The notes under the pieces were generated by a model that was not told the origin of the DNA, made no database searches, and saw nothing but the letters and a program-made list of their open reading frames with translations. Position numbers and translations under genes: made by a program. Shown here piece after piece: positions 30,265-39,535 of a stretch of 64,000 nt of DNA (its first letter is position 1; each line of letters begins with the position of its first letter). The stretch comes from a virus. The stretch covers positions 96,001-160,000 of the IMG/VR virus record IMGVR_UViG_3300045988_176782; one strand, 5' to 3'.

Positions 30265-30624
30265 ATGAAGGATGATAAATTTTGGTGGGATTTATCTGGA
30301 TTAGCAAAGCGGCAATATAAGCAGGAACGCCTTAAGGAAGGCATTAGTGAATATGATTGTTGGGATTTGGATGATTATTTAATTCATATTATTATTGTTG
30401 GGTTAAAAAAACTTGCAAATACAACTATTAGCTATCCTGGATTCGCGCCATATGAGACTCATGAAAAATGGGTAGAATATCTTCAAGACTTAAGCAAAAG
30501 ATTCCAAGAGTATTCTGAAATTGATTCTTTTGACTATTATCCTGACCGTGCAGACGAGTTAGTTGAAAAGCGTAATCAACTCTTTTTGGAGTTAAGTAAA
30601 GTTTTTCCTATGTTATGGAATTAA
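30265..30624 (+). CDS. hypothetical protein
   Basis: ORF track frame 30208..; internal ATG 30265 is preceded by GAGAGGAAG. Confidence 0.55.
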   Translation: MKDDKFWWDLSGLAKRQYKQERLKEGISEYDCWDLDDYLIHIIIVGLKKLANTTISYPGFAPYETHEKWVEYLQDLSKRFQEYSEIDSFDYYPDRADELVEKRNQLFLELSKVFPMLWN

Positions 30625-30639
30625 AAGGAGAATTGAATA

Positions 30640-31548
30640 ATGATTTGGTTTATTTTAGCAGTATTGGCATTAATTGCGGCGATTATTATTGCTATTCTAC
30701 GATATCAAGGAGCGAGCATCATTACTTTTGGGGCAGCGTTCCTATTCGGGATTTTATCAATTATTGCAAGTGTGCCTGCGGGTCATGTAGGTGTTGTATC
30801 TACTTTTGGTAAAGTAGATGAAAATGCTCGTGAAGCTGGTTTGTATGTAAAGGCGCCTTGGAGCTTTGTTACTCAAATGAGTATTCAAGAACAGCGTTAT
30901 GCTTTTGATACTGTAGCTTATAGCTCTGATATTCAAGAGGCCGCGGTTAAGGGCAGTGTTAATTATATCATTGATAAAACTGCCGCCGTCAATCTATATC
31001 GCACAGTTGGTGTAAATTATCTTGAGAAATTAATTGCTCCTCGTGTTGCGGAAAGTTTGAAAGACGTATTTTCTCATTATCGGGCGGAAGAGTTAATTAG
31101 TCAACGTGATTCTATCTCTAAAGCTATTTGCGAAAAAATGAATAAAGAATTAGAAGTATATGGTATCACAATTGTTGGATTACAAATTGAAGACATTGAT
31201 TATTCCGATCTTTTTACTTCTGCGATTGAAGCTAAACAGGTTGCGACTCAAGAGAAGTTGCGCGCTCAAACTGAGCAAGAACGTGTAACGATGGAAAAGG
31301 AAGCTCAACTTGCTCGTGATAAAGCACAAGCCGAGACTGATGCAGAGATTAAGCGTATTAATGCCCAAGCAGAAGCAGACCGTGTAAAGATGCTTGCAGA
31401 TGCAGAGGCAGAAGCTAATAAGAAAATTAGTGAATCTTTAACTGAAGACCTTATTAAGTATACCCAAATTTCCAATTGGAATGGTGTTATGCCTACGACA
31501 GTTGTTAATGGTAATAATACTATGCCTTTACTGTCTATTGGTGAATAA
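30640..31548 (+). CDS. SPFH/band-7 (prohibitin-like) membrane protein
   Basis: ORF track; N-terminal TM helix then VPAGHVGVVSTFGKV...; coiled-coil Ala/Glu-rich tail. Confidence 0.8.
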   Translation: MIWFILAVLALIAAIIIAILRYQGASIITFGAAFLFGILSIIASVPAGHVGVVSTFGKVDENAREAGLYVKAPWSFVTQMSIQEQRYAFDTVAYSSDIQEAAVKGSVNYIIDKTAAVNLYRTVGVNYLEKLIAPRVAESLKDVFSHYRAEELISQRDSISKAICEKMNKELEVYGITIVGLQIEDIDYSDLFTSAIEAKQVATQEKLRAQTEQERVTMEKEAQLARDKAQAETDAEIKRINAQAEADRVKMLADAEAEANKKISESLTEDLIKYTQISNWNGVMPTTVVNGNNTMPLLSIGE

Positions 31549-31555
31549 AAATTTT

Positions 31556-31584
31556 GGAGTGCGAAAGCACTCTTCTTTTTTTTT
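31556..31584 (+). terminator. intrinsic terminator
   Basis: GAGTGC-GAAA-GCACTC hairpin followed by a T-run. Confidence 0.8.
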
Positions 31585-31611
31585 GACAAAAATAAAAAAT
31601 TTTTATATAAT
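31583..31611 (+). promoter_or_regulatory. sigma70/SigA-type promoter
   Basis: TTGACA-17-TATAAT. Confidence 0.7.
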
Positions 31612-31637
31612 ATAATTATCAAGAAAGGAGAGAAACT

Positions 31638-31943
31638 ATGATAACGGTTCAAACAGGCAAAGAATACTTTAAACATATTCAAGGAAAACAACTTCAAATT
31701 TGTGAATGTTGGACTTGCCGCAATTTTGAAGGCGAAAACAAATGGTGTGGCCATAAAGGTATTGAAGTGAATTATAATACTGTTAAGGCCGATTGTGAAT
31801 ATTTTGACATAAAGGAATATTGCGGCGATTGTAAATTTTTCTTAAAGCGCTTTTCTTGTATTAAATATCCACATTGCACCATTCAAACTACCGATCACGC
31901 TTGTAAAAAATTTAAACCTAAGGATAAGGAGATTTATGTTTAA
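31638..31943 (+). CDS. Cys-rich protein
   Basis: ORF track; AAAGGAG SD. Confidence 0.55.
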   Translation: MITVQTGKEYFKHIQGKQLQICECWTCRNFEGENKWCGHKGIEVNYNTVKADCEYFDIKEYCGDCKFFLKRFSCIKYPHCTIQTTDHACKKFKPKDKEIYV

Positions 31944-32133
31944 CTACGAAACGGAAGAAGCTATTCCACTAACAGATTATACCAATTATGATTCTGAAAC
32001 TACCAATAATATATGCTCTTGTTGTCTCCAATATGACCAATGTTCTGGTGATATAGATTATGGTTGGTGTGATAAGGAAGAAATCTTAACCAGATGGGAC
32101 GCAAAAGCTTGTAAGTCTTATAGAAAATTGTGA
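31936..32133 (+). CDS. Cys-rich protein
   Basis: ORF track; overlapping start. Confidence 0.5.
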   Translation: MFNYETEEAIPLTDYTNYDSETTNNICSCCLQYDQCSGDIDYGWCDKEEILTRWDAKACKSYRKL

Positions 32134-32142
32134 GTTGATACT

Positions 32143-32355
32143 ATGCGCGCCGATTTTAAAGACCGTAATAGTCATATGCGTTTTTATTCTGACATTATGA
32201 ATAAACAACGCACATATTTATTAGATTCTCATTTTGAAAATGTAAATGGTTCTCGTTTTGTTTTACTAACACGAGACAAAAAACAATTAAAAGATTTTTT
32301 TCATAGATGTATTGAAATTATAGAAAAGGATGAAGCAAATGACAAAATTCTTTAA
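32143..32355 (+). CDS. hypothetical protein
   Basis: ORF track. Confidence 0.5.
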   Translation: MRADFKDRNSHMRFYSDIMNKQRTYLLDSHFENVNGSRFVLLTRDKKQLKDFFHRCIEIIEKDEANDKIL

Positions 32356-32803
32356 AACTTGGTGGAAAGTTATTGTATGGGTTTTTGTTGCAGTTCTTTT
32401 GCTAATTCTTTCCTCCTCTGCTAAAGGTGAAACGTTATATTGTACCGCTTCTTCACTCAATGGTCGCGCCTCGCCGTCAATAAATGCACGAGTAGAAGCC
32501 CATTTTGAATATGGAGACAAGTTAGAGGTTATCGGATATAATGTTAATTGGATTGAAGTTGAAGGCGGCGAAACAGGAACTGTTTTTGTGAATGCCAAAT
32601 ATGTTGCTTCTTCTTTAGAAAAAGTAAAATACCAAAATACTTCTGGCGGTCGTGTTATTATTCGTGAAGAGCCAGACGGAAAGAAAACAAATGATTGGAT
32701 TAAAGCGGGAAAGAAAATTACCATTTCTGTCGAATTAGATGGATGGGGTTATATTGCTGACCGAGGATGGGTTAATTTGAGTTATTTTAGTGAGGTGGAA
32801 TAA
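32330..32803 (+). CDS. membrane-anchored protein with two SH3b-like domains
   Basis: ORF track; N-terminal TM helix; LNGRASPSINARVEAHFEYGDKLEV and GGRVIIREEPDGKK...GWGYI repeats. Confidence 0.65.
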   Translation: MKQMTKFFKTWWKVIVWVFVAVLLLILSSSAKGETLYCTASSLNGRASPSINARVEAHFEYGDKLEVIGYNVNWIEVEGGETGTVFVNAKYVASSLEKVKYQNTSGGRVIIREEPDGKKTNDWIKAGKKITISVELDGWGYIADRGWVNLSYFSEVE

Positions 32804-32904
32804 TGGGTAATTTTGGGTGGATTTTGTGTGCTGGTTTTATTTTATTGTTTATTGCCTATTTATTTATTGATGATAATGATAGTAGGAGGCCGCCGAAGAT
32901 TTAA
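32803..32904 (+). CDS. small membrane peptide (33 aa)
   Basis: ATG overlaps the previous stop; hydrophobic MGNFGWILCAGFILLFIAYLFI; below the ORF-track cut-off. Confidence 0.35.
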   Translation: MGNFGWILCAGFILLFIAYLFIDDNDSRRPPKI

Positions 32905-33324
32905 ATGTTTTGGTATATTATTGGTAGTTTGATTATAATTTATGTGGGTTTTACAATTTTTTCTGATAAATATTCAGGCTGGGTAACGAATACTGCTTTA
33001 TTTGCTTTTGCTATTATTGGGATAGTTGCGCTATGTTCGTTTTGGTCTTTAATTAGTTCAGCAATTCATGAAGAAACTCATCCTGATTTAAATACATACA
33101 CTATTTCAATAATTGAAAAAATTCCTGTTTATGCTACAGATGGTTTATTGGTTTATCGTACAGCTAATGACACAAAAGATGTTTCTGCAGATAGTTATAT
33201 ATTTGCAGATGTAGAAAAACCTTATTTAGAAAAGACAATTTATTCTTATAACTCTTTTTTCGTTATGTCTTGGATGAGCACAATAACTAAAACTGTTTGC
33301 TATTTGCCAGAGAAAGGAATTTAA
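32905..33324 (+). CDS. membrane protein
   Basis: ORF track; two N-terminal TM helices. Confidence 0.55.
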   Translation: MFWYIIGSLIIIYVGFTIFSDKYSGWVTNTALFAFAIIGIVALCSFWSLISSAIHEETHPDLNTYTISIIEKIPVYATDGLLVYRTANDTKDVSADSYIFADVEKPYLEKTIYSYNSFFVMSWMSTITKTVCYLPEKGI

Positions 33325-33325
33325 T

Positions 33326-33736
33326 ATGTTCTGGATTATTCTTTTTGTATGTTTAACTATTGCGTTAATTACAATAGATATTTGCACTCATGGACGTAGT
33401 GAGGATTTTTTACAATTCTGTTTTCTAGTGTTTTCTTTACTTATTGGAACTCTTGCAATAATGTATAGCCTTGAAGTGCATCCACCCGCAGGCCAATGCG
33501 AAATTGCAGAAATTACTAGAATTAAAGTCATTAGTGTTGAAGGCGCAATTTTAGCTGAAGATGGCAATATTTATAAAGAAATTGATCGTTGGGAATATAC
33601 CAATGAAGCGAAGCCATATGTAATTAATTATAAATACAAATTTAGCGATTTCTGGCATTTACCGTGGTATAGTGATTGGAGCGAAATGGTTTTATATGTG
33701 CCGATGCAAACAACAGAAGATAGTTTAGCTGTGTAA
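33326..33736 (+). CDS. membrane protein, similar layout to 32905..33324
   Basis: ORF track; two N-terminal TM helices. Confidence 0.55.
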   Translation: MFWIILFVCLTIALITIDICTHGRSEDFLQFCFLVFSLLIGTLAIMYSLEVHPPAGQCEIAEITRIKVISVEGAILAEDGNIYKEIDRWEYTNEAKPYVINYKYKFSDFWHLPWYSDWSEMVLYVPMQTTEDSLAV

Positions 33737-33758
33737 TTATTACACAGCTTATTTTTTT
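33727..33758 (+). terminator. intrinsic terminator
   Basis: AGCTGTGTAAT / ATTACACAGCT hairpin then T-run. Confidence 0.8.
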
Positions 33759-33785
33759 GACAAAAAGAAAAAATTTATATATAAT
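33757..33785 (+). promoter_or_regulatory. sigma70/SigA-type promoter
   Basis: TTGACA-17-TATAAT then ATATACAGAAAGTGAGG. Confidence 0.7.
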
Positions 33786-33804
33786 ATATACAGAAAGTGA
33801 GGTT

Positions 33805-34062
33805 ATGAAAGATATGAAGTATTATTGTGTTGATGAAAATTCTTTGGAGTATTTACAGAGTGGCCTGGGAATTTTAGTAAAGATTACTGATGCTAATAAT
33901 CAAAAGACTTGTAATTATGGATACGGGGTTTTTGATGTTCAAACACACAATGTATTTATGTTTAAGGAAGTTTTCAGGAAAAACCACAAGAGTTTTATTC
34001 AACTAAATTTGAAGAAGAGGACTAAGCTATGGAACGAATTATTACAGCGGCAGTTAAATTAA
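33805..34062 (+). CDS. hypothetical protein
   Basis: ORF track frame 33757..; GTGAGG SD before ATG 33805. Confidence 0.5.
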   Translation: MKDMKYYCVDENSLEYLQSGLGILVKITDANNQKTCNYGYGVFDVQTHNVFMFKEVFRKNHKSFIQLNLKKRTKLWNELLQRQLN

Positions 34063-34331
34063 GTGTAAAAGGTGAAGAAAAATTCGTTCCTTGCCATCGT
34101 CATAGTGATGCCTACTTTATTTGTAAAGAATTTGGTATTAAATATGATGCTGATTCTACTGTTGAGGGTTTTATAGCTTATGACGAAGAATTTGATAAAC
34201 CTACTCGTTTTGTTAATAGAGTAGAAGCGCTCCTAATTGCTGAAAAAGCAAATCAACTACGAAAAGATGATTTAGATTATTTTGGTTATAAAAGAAATGG
34301 TAATGCACTGTTTTCGGAGGATTTGTGGTAA
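34029..34331 (+). CDS. hypothetical protein
   Basis: ORF track. Confidence 0.55.
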   Translation: MERIITAAVKLSVKGEEKFVPCHRHSDAYFICKEFGIKYDADSTVEGFIAYDEEFDKPTRFVNRVEALLIAEKANQLRKDDLDYFGYKRNGNALFSEDLW

Positions 34332-34759
34332 TGGGAGAAGAAGTAATTCATTTACCTTTAAAGGAAATTGACCCATTATGTCGTAGAGCTATAATTTTAT
34401 TTAACTTACTTGGACTAAAAACTCAATATTGTTGTTCTGGACATACAGATAAAGAATATTTAAATCGTTGGTATATTATTTTTGATGAATGTGTAACTGA
34501 TGACCAAATTTCCGCGTTTCAAATGGATATGTTTCATTATACTCATAAAAGTTTTCCTTTAATAAAAACTTGGACAGTAAATAGTAATACCAATCAGCCT
34601 TGTATGCGTTGGATGTGGACAGAAAATACGAATAAATTCGCGATAGAAAACCAACGGATAGCTTATTGGAAAATAAAGAACTTACAATTATTAGTTGTTT
34701 TAAGAAATAGACTTGGCGGCTTAAAACATATGGATAAACTTAAAATATTTTGTGATTAA
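34331..34759 (+). CDS. hypothetical protein
   Basis: ORF track frame 34325..; TAATG overlap with the previous stop. Confidence 0.55.
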   Translation: MGEEVIHLPLKEIDPLCRRAIILFNLLGLKTQYCCSGHTDKEYLNRWYIIFDECVTDDQISAFQMDMFHYTHKSFPLIKTWTVNSNTNQPCMRWMWTENTNKFAIENQRIAYWKIKNLQLLVVLRNRLGGLKHMDKLKIFCD

Positions 34760-34771
34760 GAGAAGAGAGCT

Positions 34772-34981
34772 ATGGATAATGAAATTAAAACAACTTGTCC
34801 AATTTGCGGTCAAGCCGCGGGACAACCATTAGTGCTTTTAAAGAATCTTCATCATACTCAAGTTTTATATACAATAGATTGCCAACCTCTTTGTTCTTGT
34901 AAGTGGTGCGGCGCCATTTTTGTCGGAACAAATGATATGAATGAAAAATTAAAAACTATGATAAAAATTGACGTAAATTAA
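34772..34981 (+). CDS. zinc-ribbon protein
   Basis: ORF track; CPICG...CKWCG. Confidence 0.5.
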   Translation: MDNEIKTTCPICGQAAGQPLVLLKNLHHTQVLYTIDCQPLCSCKWCGAIFVGTNDMNEKLKTMIKIDVN

Positions 34982-34996
34982 AATTTAATATATAAT
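34968..34996 (+). promoter_or_regulatory. sigma70/SigA-type promoter
   Basis: TTGACG-17-TATAAT. Confidence 0.65.
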
Positions 34997-35026
34997 ATAT
35001 CCATAAGCTAATAAAGGAGTGGTGTT

Positions 35027-35227
35027 ATGGACTTAATCGGAAATGAAGGAATTGCCTATTTCCATAAAATAAAAGACCCAAATAATCATCATGGAGAATT
35101 AATTCGTTGTGATTTTTGTGGTGAAGTGTCCGAAATTTACACTGAAATTTGTCCATTTTGCCACAGACGATTTGTAAATAAGAAAGATAAAACACTTTAT
35201 ATTTTTGGAGAGGAAAAGGAGAAATAA
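35027..35227 (+). CDS. zinc-ribbon protein
   Basis: ORF track; AAAGGAG SD; CDFCG...CPFCH. Confidence 0.5.
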   Translation: MDLIGNEGIAYFHKIKDPNNHHGELIRCDFCGEVSEIYTEICPFCHRRFVNKKDKTLYIFGEEKEK

Positions 35228-35228
35228 T

Positions 35229-35816
35229 ATGAATTTCAATACTACTAATATGTTTAACGGAATGTTCGGTAAGATTGCTTCTGGTATGTGCCGGCTTAGT
35301 ATGAGCGGCGAGATGGCAATCAAGACTTCTCAGGGTTATAAGACTTATGATGTAGAAACTGGTCATCTAACTAATTGTGATAGCTTTGTTTTTGATATTG
35401 GTGAAGATTTTTTCTTTCTAATTCCTACTAACCATCTTGAAAAGGGCGATGTTATTCTTGCTGGTGGCAAGCCGCGTTGTGTAATTGAGGTAAAGAATAA
35501 CGAAATTAAGACCTTCTGCTATGAAGATTCTACTATTTCTACCATTGTTCCTGAGCATCATGTGTTTATGGGCAAGACTTATTTCTATGGTAAAATTGTT
35601 TCTCTCTTTAATCTTGGTGGCAAGGATAAGGGTATGAAGAATATGATGAAGTATTATATGATGTCTAAAATGTTTAGGGGTGACAATCCTTCTTCTGACC
35701 CTATGAGTAATATGTTGCCTATGATGATGTTTATGAATAGTAATATGGGTGATATGTTTGATGGCATTGGAGAAATGTTTGACTTCTCTAATGATTCTAC
35801 CGAAGAAGATAAGTAA
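35229..35816 (+). CDS. hypothetical protein with Met-rich C-terminus
   Basis: ORF track frame 35205..; AAAGGAG SD before ATG 35229. Confidence 0.6.
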   Translation: MNFNTTNMFNGMFGKIASGMCRLSMSGEMAIKTSQGYKTYDVETGHLTNCDSFVFDIGEDFFFLIPTNHLEKGDVILAGGKPRCVIEVKNNEIKTFCYEDSTISTIVPEHHVFMGKTYFYGKIVSLFNLGGKDKGMKNMMKYYMMSKMFRGDNPSSDPMSNMLPMMMFMNSNMGDMFDGIGEMFDFSNDSTEEDK

Positions 35817-35827
35817 GGAGTGATATT

Positions 35828-36706
35828 GTGGGAAGCGGAAATTGGACCTCAATGGCTTATACCTCTAAAATGGCAGAGAGAGGTATTAAGACTACACTTA
35901 ATTCTGCAACTATGTCTGCCGTTGCTGACCTTAGTAGTATATCAACTTTACAATATTATACTCAACGCACTATTAGCGACAGACTTAATCCATATCAAGT
36001 AATGCGTGAATGTGTAGATTCAAGTGAGCATCCTAATACAATTCCGGTGCTCCTTGCACTTGACGTAACTGGGTCAATGGGCCAAACAGCAAATGCTTGC
36101 GCCGCCAAGCTAAACGAAATTATGGAACTACTTTATCGTCAAATTACAGATGTTGAATTTATGATTTGTGCTCTTGGCGACCTTTCTTATGATTCTGCAC
36201 CTTTTCAAGCAGGTCAGTTTGAAAGTGATATTCGTATTTCTGACCAATTAGACTTAGTTTATTTTGAAGCTGGTGGCGGTGGTAATCGCTTTGAGAGTTA
36301 TACATTGCCTTGGTATTTTGGGCTACATAATACTTCTCTTGATTGTTGGAAACGCAATAAGAAGGGTATTATTATTACGATGGGCGATGAACCTTTGAAT
36401 CCATACATGCCTCATCTAGAGTTAAATGTTTGCCTTGGTTGCCATGAGCAATCAGATATTAATACTAAAGAATTGTATCAAGCCGCACGAGAAAAGTTTG
36501 ATATTTATCATCTTTCCATTGACGAAAGAACTAGCTCTTATAATTATCATAAAAATGATGCAGATAAGATTTGGCGGCAAGTTTTAGGTGAAAATTATCG
36601 TGTAACTAATCTTGATAACCTATCTCAAACTATTTCTGATATTATTATTAATGCAAAAACCGATATGAATACTGTCGTATCTTCCGCTGACGGTATTAGT
36701 TGGTAA
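35828..36706 (+). CDS. von Willebrand factor A (vWA) domain protein
   Basis: ORF track (GTG start after AAGGAG); MIDAS-like LALDVTGSMG. Confidence 0.7.
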   Translation: MGSGNWTSMAYTSKMAERGIKTTLNSATMSAVADLSSISTLQYYTQRTISDRLNPYQVMRECVDSSEHPNTIPVLLALDVTGSMGQTANACAAKLNEIMELLYRQITDVEFMICALGDLSYDSAPFQAGQFESDIRISDQLDLVYFEAGGGGNRFESYTLPWYFGLHNTSLDCWKRNKKGIIITMGDEPLNPYMPHLELNVCLGCHEQSDINTKELYQAAREKFDIYHLSIDERTSSYNYHKNDADKIWRQVLGENYRVTNLDNLSQTISDIIINAKTDMNTVVSSADGISW

Positions 36707-36719
36707 GAAAGGAGAAAGT

Positions 36720-37853
36720 ATGAAGCGTTTTCAGGCAGTAATAGATTGCGGTTTTGGTGACGCAGGAAAAGGCTTAGTTTCTCGTTGGCTTGCAAAGCAA
36801 GCATTTGAGCGTAAAGAAAAAACTTTAACTGTATTTTTTAGTGGCGGTTGCCAACGCGCCCATACCACTATTGAAGGCGTTTTTCATACTTTACCTGCTG
36901 GGTTATTTTTTGACAGTGATATTCTATATAGCGAAATGTTTGTCATTGACCCTATCGCTATTTATTTAGAATATGAAAGTTGGAAGCAAAGTTTCGGGCC
37001 ATTTATTGAACCAAAACTTTATGTAAGCCCACATTGTCGTGTGGTTACTCCTTTTGATGTCTGGAATAATCGTCTAAAAGAAACTCGTCGTGGCGCGCAA
37101 AAACATGGCAGTTGCGGTATGGGCATTTTTGAAACCGTATTTAGAGATAAGAGTTTATTTGAATTAAAAGCCAGAGACCTTTCCAACCCTTGGAAACTTT
37201 GGGAACAACTAAAGAAAATTGAAGAACTTTATAGCAATTCTTGCAGTGATATGGTCTATAATGCCCACAACTTTATGAAGGCCGCGGAATGGTTTACTAA
37301 AAATGTAGAGCAATTTGAAACATATGAAGTATTAAAAAAATATGATACCATTATTTTTGAAGGAAGCCAAGGTTTGTTGCTTTCTCAAACTAATGTGGAT
37401 TTCTTTCCATACTTAACTCCTGCCTCTACCGGTGTTGATAATATTGAACATTGGTTCAATTTAGGCGCGGCGGAAGAAAAAGAAATCTACTATGTTTCTC
37501 GCTCTTATATGACACGACACGGTGCTGGGCCTTTTCCAACAGAATGTAAGAAGAAAGATATTAATCCCACAATTGTTGATTCTACTAATATTCCTAATAA
37601 ATGGCAAAATAATTTGCGTTTTGGATACTATGATGTAAAACTTATTGGTGATGCTATTGTTAAGGATACTTGTAGAATTACGAACAATAAGGTAAAATTT
37701 AATATGGTATTTACGCAACTTAACTATACTAATGGCAAAGTAAGATGCGGCAAGAATGACGATTTGGATATTAATAATGATTTATTTTTCTTTCTCAATT
37801 TTGACCATCTATATGGTTCTTGGGATAAAGAAAATGTAGAAAGGATTATGTAA
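36720..37853 (+). CDS. divergent adenylosuccinate-synthetase (PurA) family protein
   Basis: ORF track; GFGDAGKG and GGCQRAHT line up with PurA GDEGKGK and GGHNAGHT (recalled). Confidence 0.7.
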   Translation: MKRFQAVIDCGFGDAGKGLVSRWLAKQAFERKEKTLTVFFSGGCQRAHTTIEGVFHTLPAGLFFDSDILYSEMFVIDPIAIYLEYESWKQSFGPFIEPKLYVSPHCRVVTPFDVWNNRLKETRRGAQKHGSCGMGIFETVFRDKSLFELKARDLSNPWKLWEQLKKIEELYSNSCSDMVYNAHNFMKAAEWFTKNVEQFETYEVLKKYDTIIFEGSQGLLLSQTNVDFFPYLTPASTGVDNIEHWFNLGAAEEKEIYYVSRSYMTRHGAGPFPTECKKKDINPTIVDSTNIPNKWQNNLRFGYYDVKLIGDAIVKDTCRITNNKVKFNMVFTQLNYTNGKVRCGKNDDLDINNDLFFFLNFDHLYGSWDKENVERIM

Positions 37854-37855
37854 TT

Positions 37856-37987
37856 ATGATTTATTCTAAGGAAACTCGTATTGGTATGCTACAATATCGT
37901 ATTTCTCTTCTAATGCGTGATGAAGTAAAGAACTTCAATCTTCTGCGTAAGACACGTCGTGAATTGCGCAAGCTACAAGAGTCGTAA
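37856..37987 (+). CDS. small protein (43 aa)
   Basis: ATG 3 nt after the previous stop; below the ORF-track cut-off. Confidence 0.35.
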   Translation: MIYSKETRIGMLQYRISLLMRDEVKNFNLLRKTRRELRKLQES

Positions 37988-37994
37988 ATATTTG

Positions 37995-38019
37995 CCTCCT
38001 ACTATCGTAGGAGGTTTTT
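37995..38019 (+). terminator. intrinsic terminator
   Basis: CCTCCTAC-TATC-GTAGGAGG then T5. Confidence 0.85.
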
Positions 38020-38046
38020 GACTTTTTAGAAAAAATTTTATATAAT
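38018..38046 (+). promoter_or_regulatory. sigma70/SigA-type promoter
   Basis: TTGACT-17-TATAAT. Confidence 0.65.
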
Positions 38047-38068
38047 ATATTAGTAAGGAGTTGAGATA

Positions 38069-38203
38069 ATGATTTGGTTTCTATGCGGTTTAGTATGTGG
38101 AATTTTTGTTGGGATAAAAATGTCAGGAGATGTGATTGCAAATTATTATCCTGATATTTACGATGATTTATACAATAGAATGACGAGGGATACAAAGAAA
38201 TGA
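38069..38203 (+). CDS. small membrane protein (44 aa)
   Basis: AAGGAG SD; MIWFLCGLVCGIFVGI hydrophobic start; below the ORF-track cut-off. Confidence 0.4.
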   Translation: MIWFLCGLVCGIFVGIKMSGDVIANYYPDIYDDLYNRMTRDTKK

Positions 38204-38391
38204 CAATTAGAAGTCGCGAAGAAATGCTTGGTGAAGTTGATATGCTTAGAGGAAATATTAATCGTATTTGTGTTAGTGATAATGTAGAAGAAATTTCCCA
38301 AATGTATCATTATGCTTTAATGCGTCTTGAAGAAATTATGAAATATAATGTACGGCGAGTTGTAGAAAGGAAGAAGAATATTGAAGACTAA
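38200..38391 (+). CDS. hypothetical protein
   Basis: ORF track; ATGA overlap. Confidence 0.5.
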   Translation: MTIRSREEMLGEVDMLRGNINRICVSDNVEEISQMYHYALMRLEEIMKYNVRRVVERKKNIED

Positions 38392-38824
38392 GAAAATTTA
38401 TCTTGCCACTCCTGTTGGTGACCCTACAGAAATAAATATTCGCAGGAATGCAGAACAAGTTAAAAAAATTCTTGAATCTAAAGGGTTTGAGGTATATGCC
38501 CCCTGGCAGATGCATATACCGCGGGCGTGGGATTATCCAAATCAGGAATGGGGTTTAATGGTATTTACGGCTGATTTACAGCATTTGCAAGAATGCGATA
38601 TTGTAGTTGTATTGTCCTATGGTCGTATTGGCACAGCAGGGACGGCTTGGGAACAAGGCTTTGCTTATGCAAAGGGCAAAAAGATTCTTGTTGTAGAGAT
38701 AACTAATCATATTCAAAGTCTTATGGTTATTAATGGCGCTAATGCTGTGATTAAATTCAAAGACCTTAATTCTTATGATTTTGAAAAATTCCCCTACTGC
38801 CGCACTTTAACGGAGCAAAAATAA
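38381..38824 (+). CDS. nucleoside 2-deoxyribosyltransferase-like protein
   Basis: ORF track; KIYLATP...YAPW...GTAWEQGFAYAKGKKILVV resembles the NDT fold (recalled). Confidence 0.6.
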   Translation: MKTKKIYLATPVGDPTEINIRRNAEQVKKILESKGFEVYAPWQMHIPRAWDYPNQEWGLMVFTADLQHLQECDIVVVLSYGRIGTAGTAWEQGFAYAKGKKILVVEITNHIQSLMVINGANAVIKFKDLNSYDFEKFPYCRTLTEQK

Positions 38825-39462
38825 TGAATACAAAAATTACTTTAAAGAAAATTATTGGTCACCTCAGAACTATCCATCTCCATCGCAAATGGGTTAGGTA
38901 TTTCTGTTTTAAATTTGGCTTATACAAACAAGGGTTATTGCACGATTTAAGCAAATATTCTCCAACTGAATTTTGGGAAAGTATTCGTTACTATTCTGGC
39001 ACTGATAGCCCGATTAATGCCGCTAAGAAAGATAAAGGATATTCTGATGCTTGGCTTCATCATCGTGGTCGCAATATGCATCACTATGTTGCGTGGATTG
39101 ATAACTTTGATAAAGGCGGAACTCCAATTCCTATGCCATATAAGTATATGATGGAGTTAATTGCTGACTATCTTGGTGCGGGCGCAGCATATAACAAGAT
39201 TAAGTCTAAAAAGGATATTAATGAAATTTTCTATCGTAATGAGTATAAATGGTGGGAGCGAAATAAAGAGGGCCAAGTTATTAATCTAGTTACTAAAGAT
39301 TGGATTGAATACTATTTAAAAAACTTTTGTATGAATTCTACTTTCCTGCAAGAGGAGCGTTGGCAAGCTTATCGTAAAACTGGTCGCGTAGCAGATGAAA
39401 TTATATATGAAAATCGTTGTACGGAAGAATTTCATAAACTAAAAGAAATCCTTAACGCCTGA
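38824..39462 (+). CDS. His-rich protein with HD-like motifs
   Basis: ORF track; LLHDLSKY...WLHHRGRNMHHY. Confidence 0.55.
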   Translation: MNTKITLKKIIGHLRTIHLHRKWVRYFCFKFGLYKQGLLHDLSKYSPTEFWESIRYYSGTDSPINAAKKDKGYSDAWLHHRGRNMHHYVAWIDNFDKGGTPIPMPYKYMMELIADYLGAGAAYNKIKSKKDINEIFYRNEYKWWERNKEGQVINLVTKDWIEYYLKNFCMNSTFLQEERWQAYRKTGRVADEIIYENRCTEEFHKLKEILNA

Positions 39463-39482
39463 AATAGGGCGTTTTATTTTTT
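39454..39482 (+). terminator. intrinsic terminator
   Basis: AACGCC / GGCGTT hairpin then T-run. Confidence 0.65.
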
Positions 39483-39535
39483 ACTTTTTTAAAAAATCTT
39501 GTTATAATAACTTATAAATGAAAGGAAGTAAGAGA

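Noticed and set aside
30114-30275. 53-codon ORF overlapping the ends of 29966..30124 and 30265..30624
   Set aside because: The frame is open and Lys-rich, but it has no convincing SD and overlaps both neighbours. I left it unannotated because the evidence is insufficient.
6393-35852. Long antisense ORFs, e.g. 6393..6812, 9159..9548, 11509..11859, 26508..26921, 26937..27356, 27462..27893, 31305..31754, 32287..32724 and 35418..35852
   Set aside because: Each is fully embedded opposite a better-supported + strand gene with recognisable domains or an SD. Their products are low complexity, so they are typical shadow ORFs.
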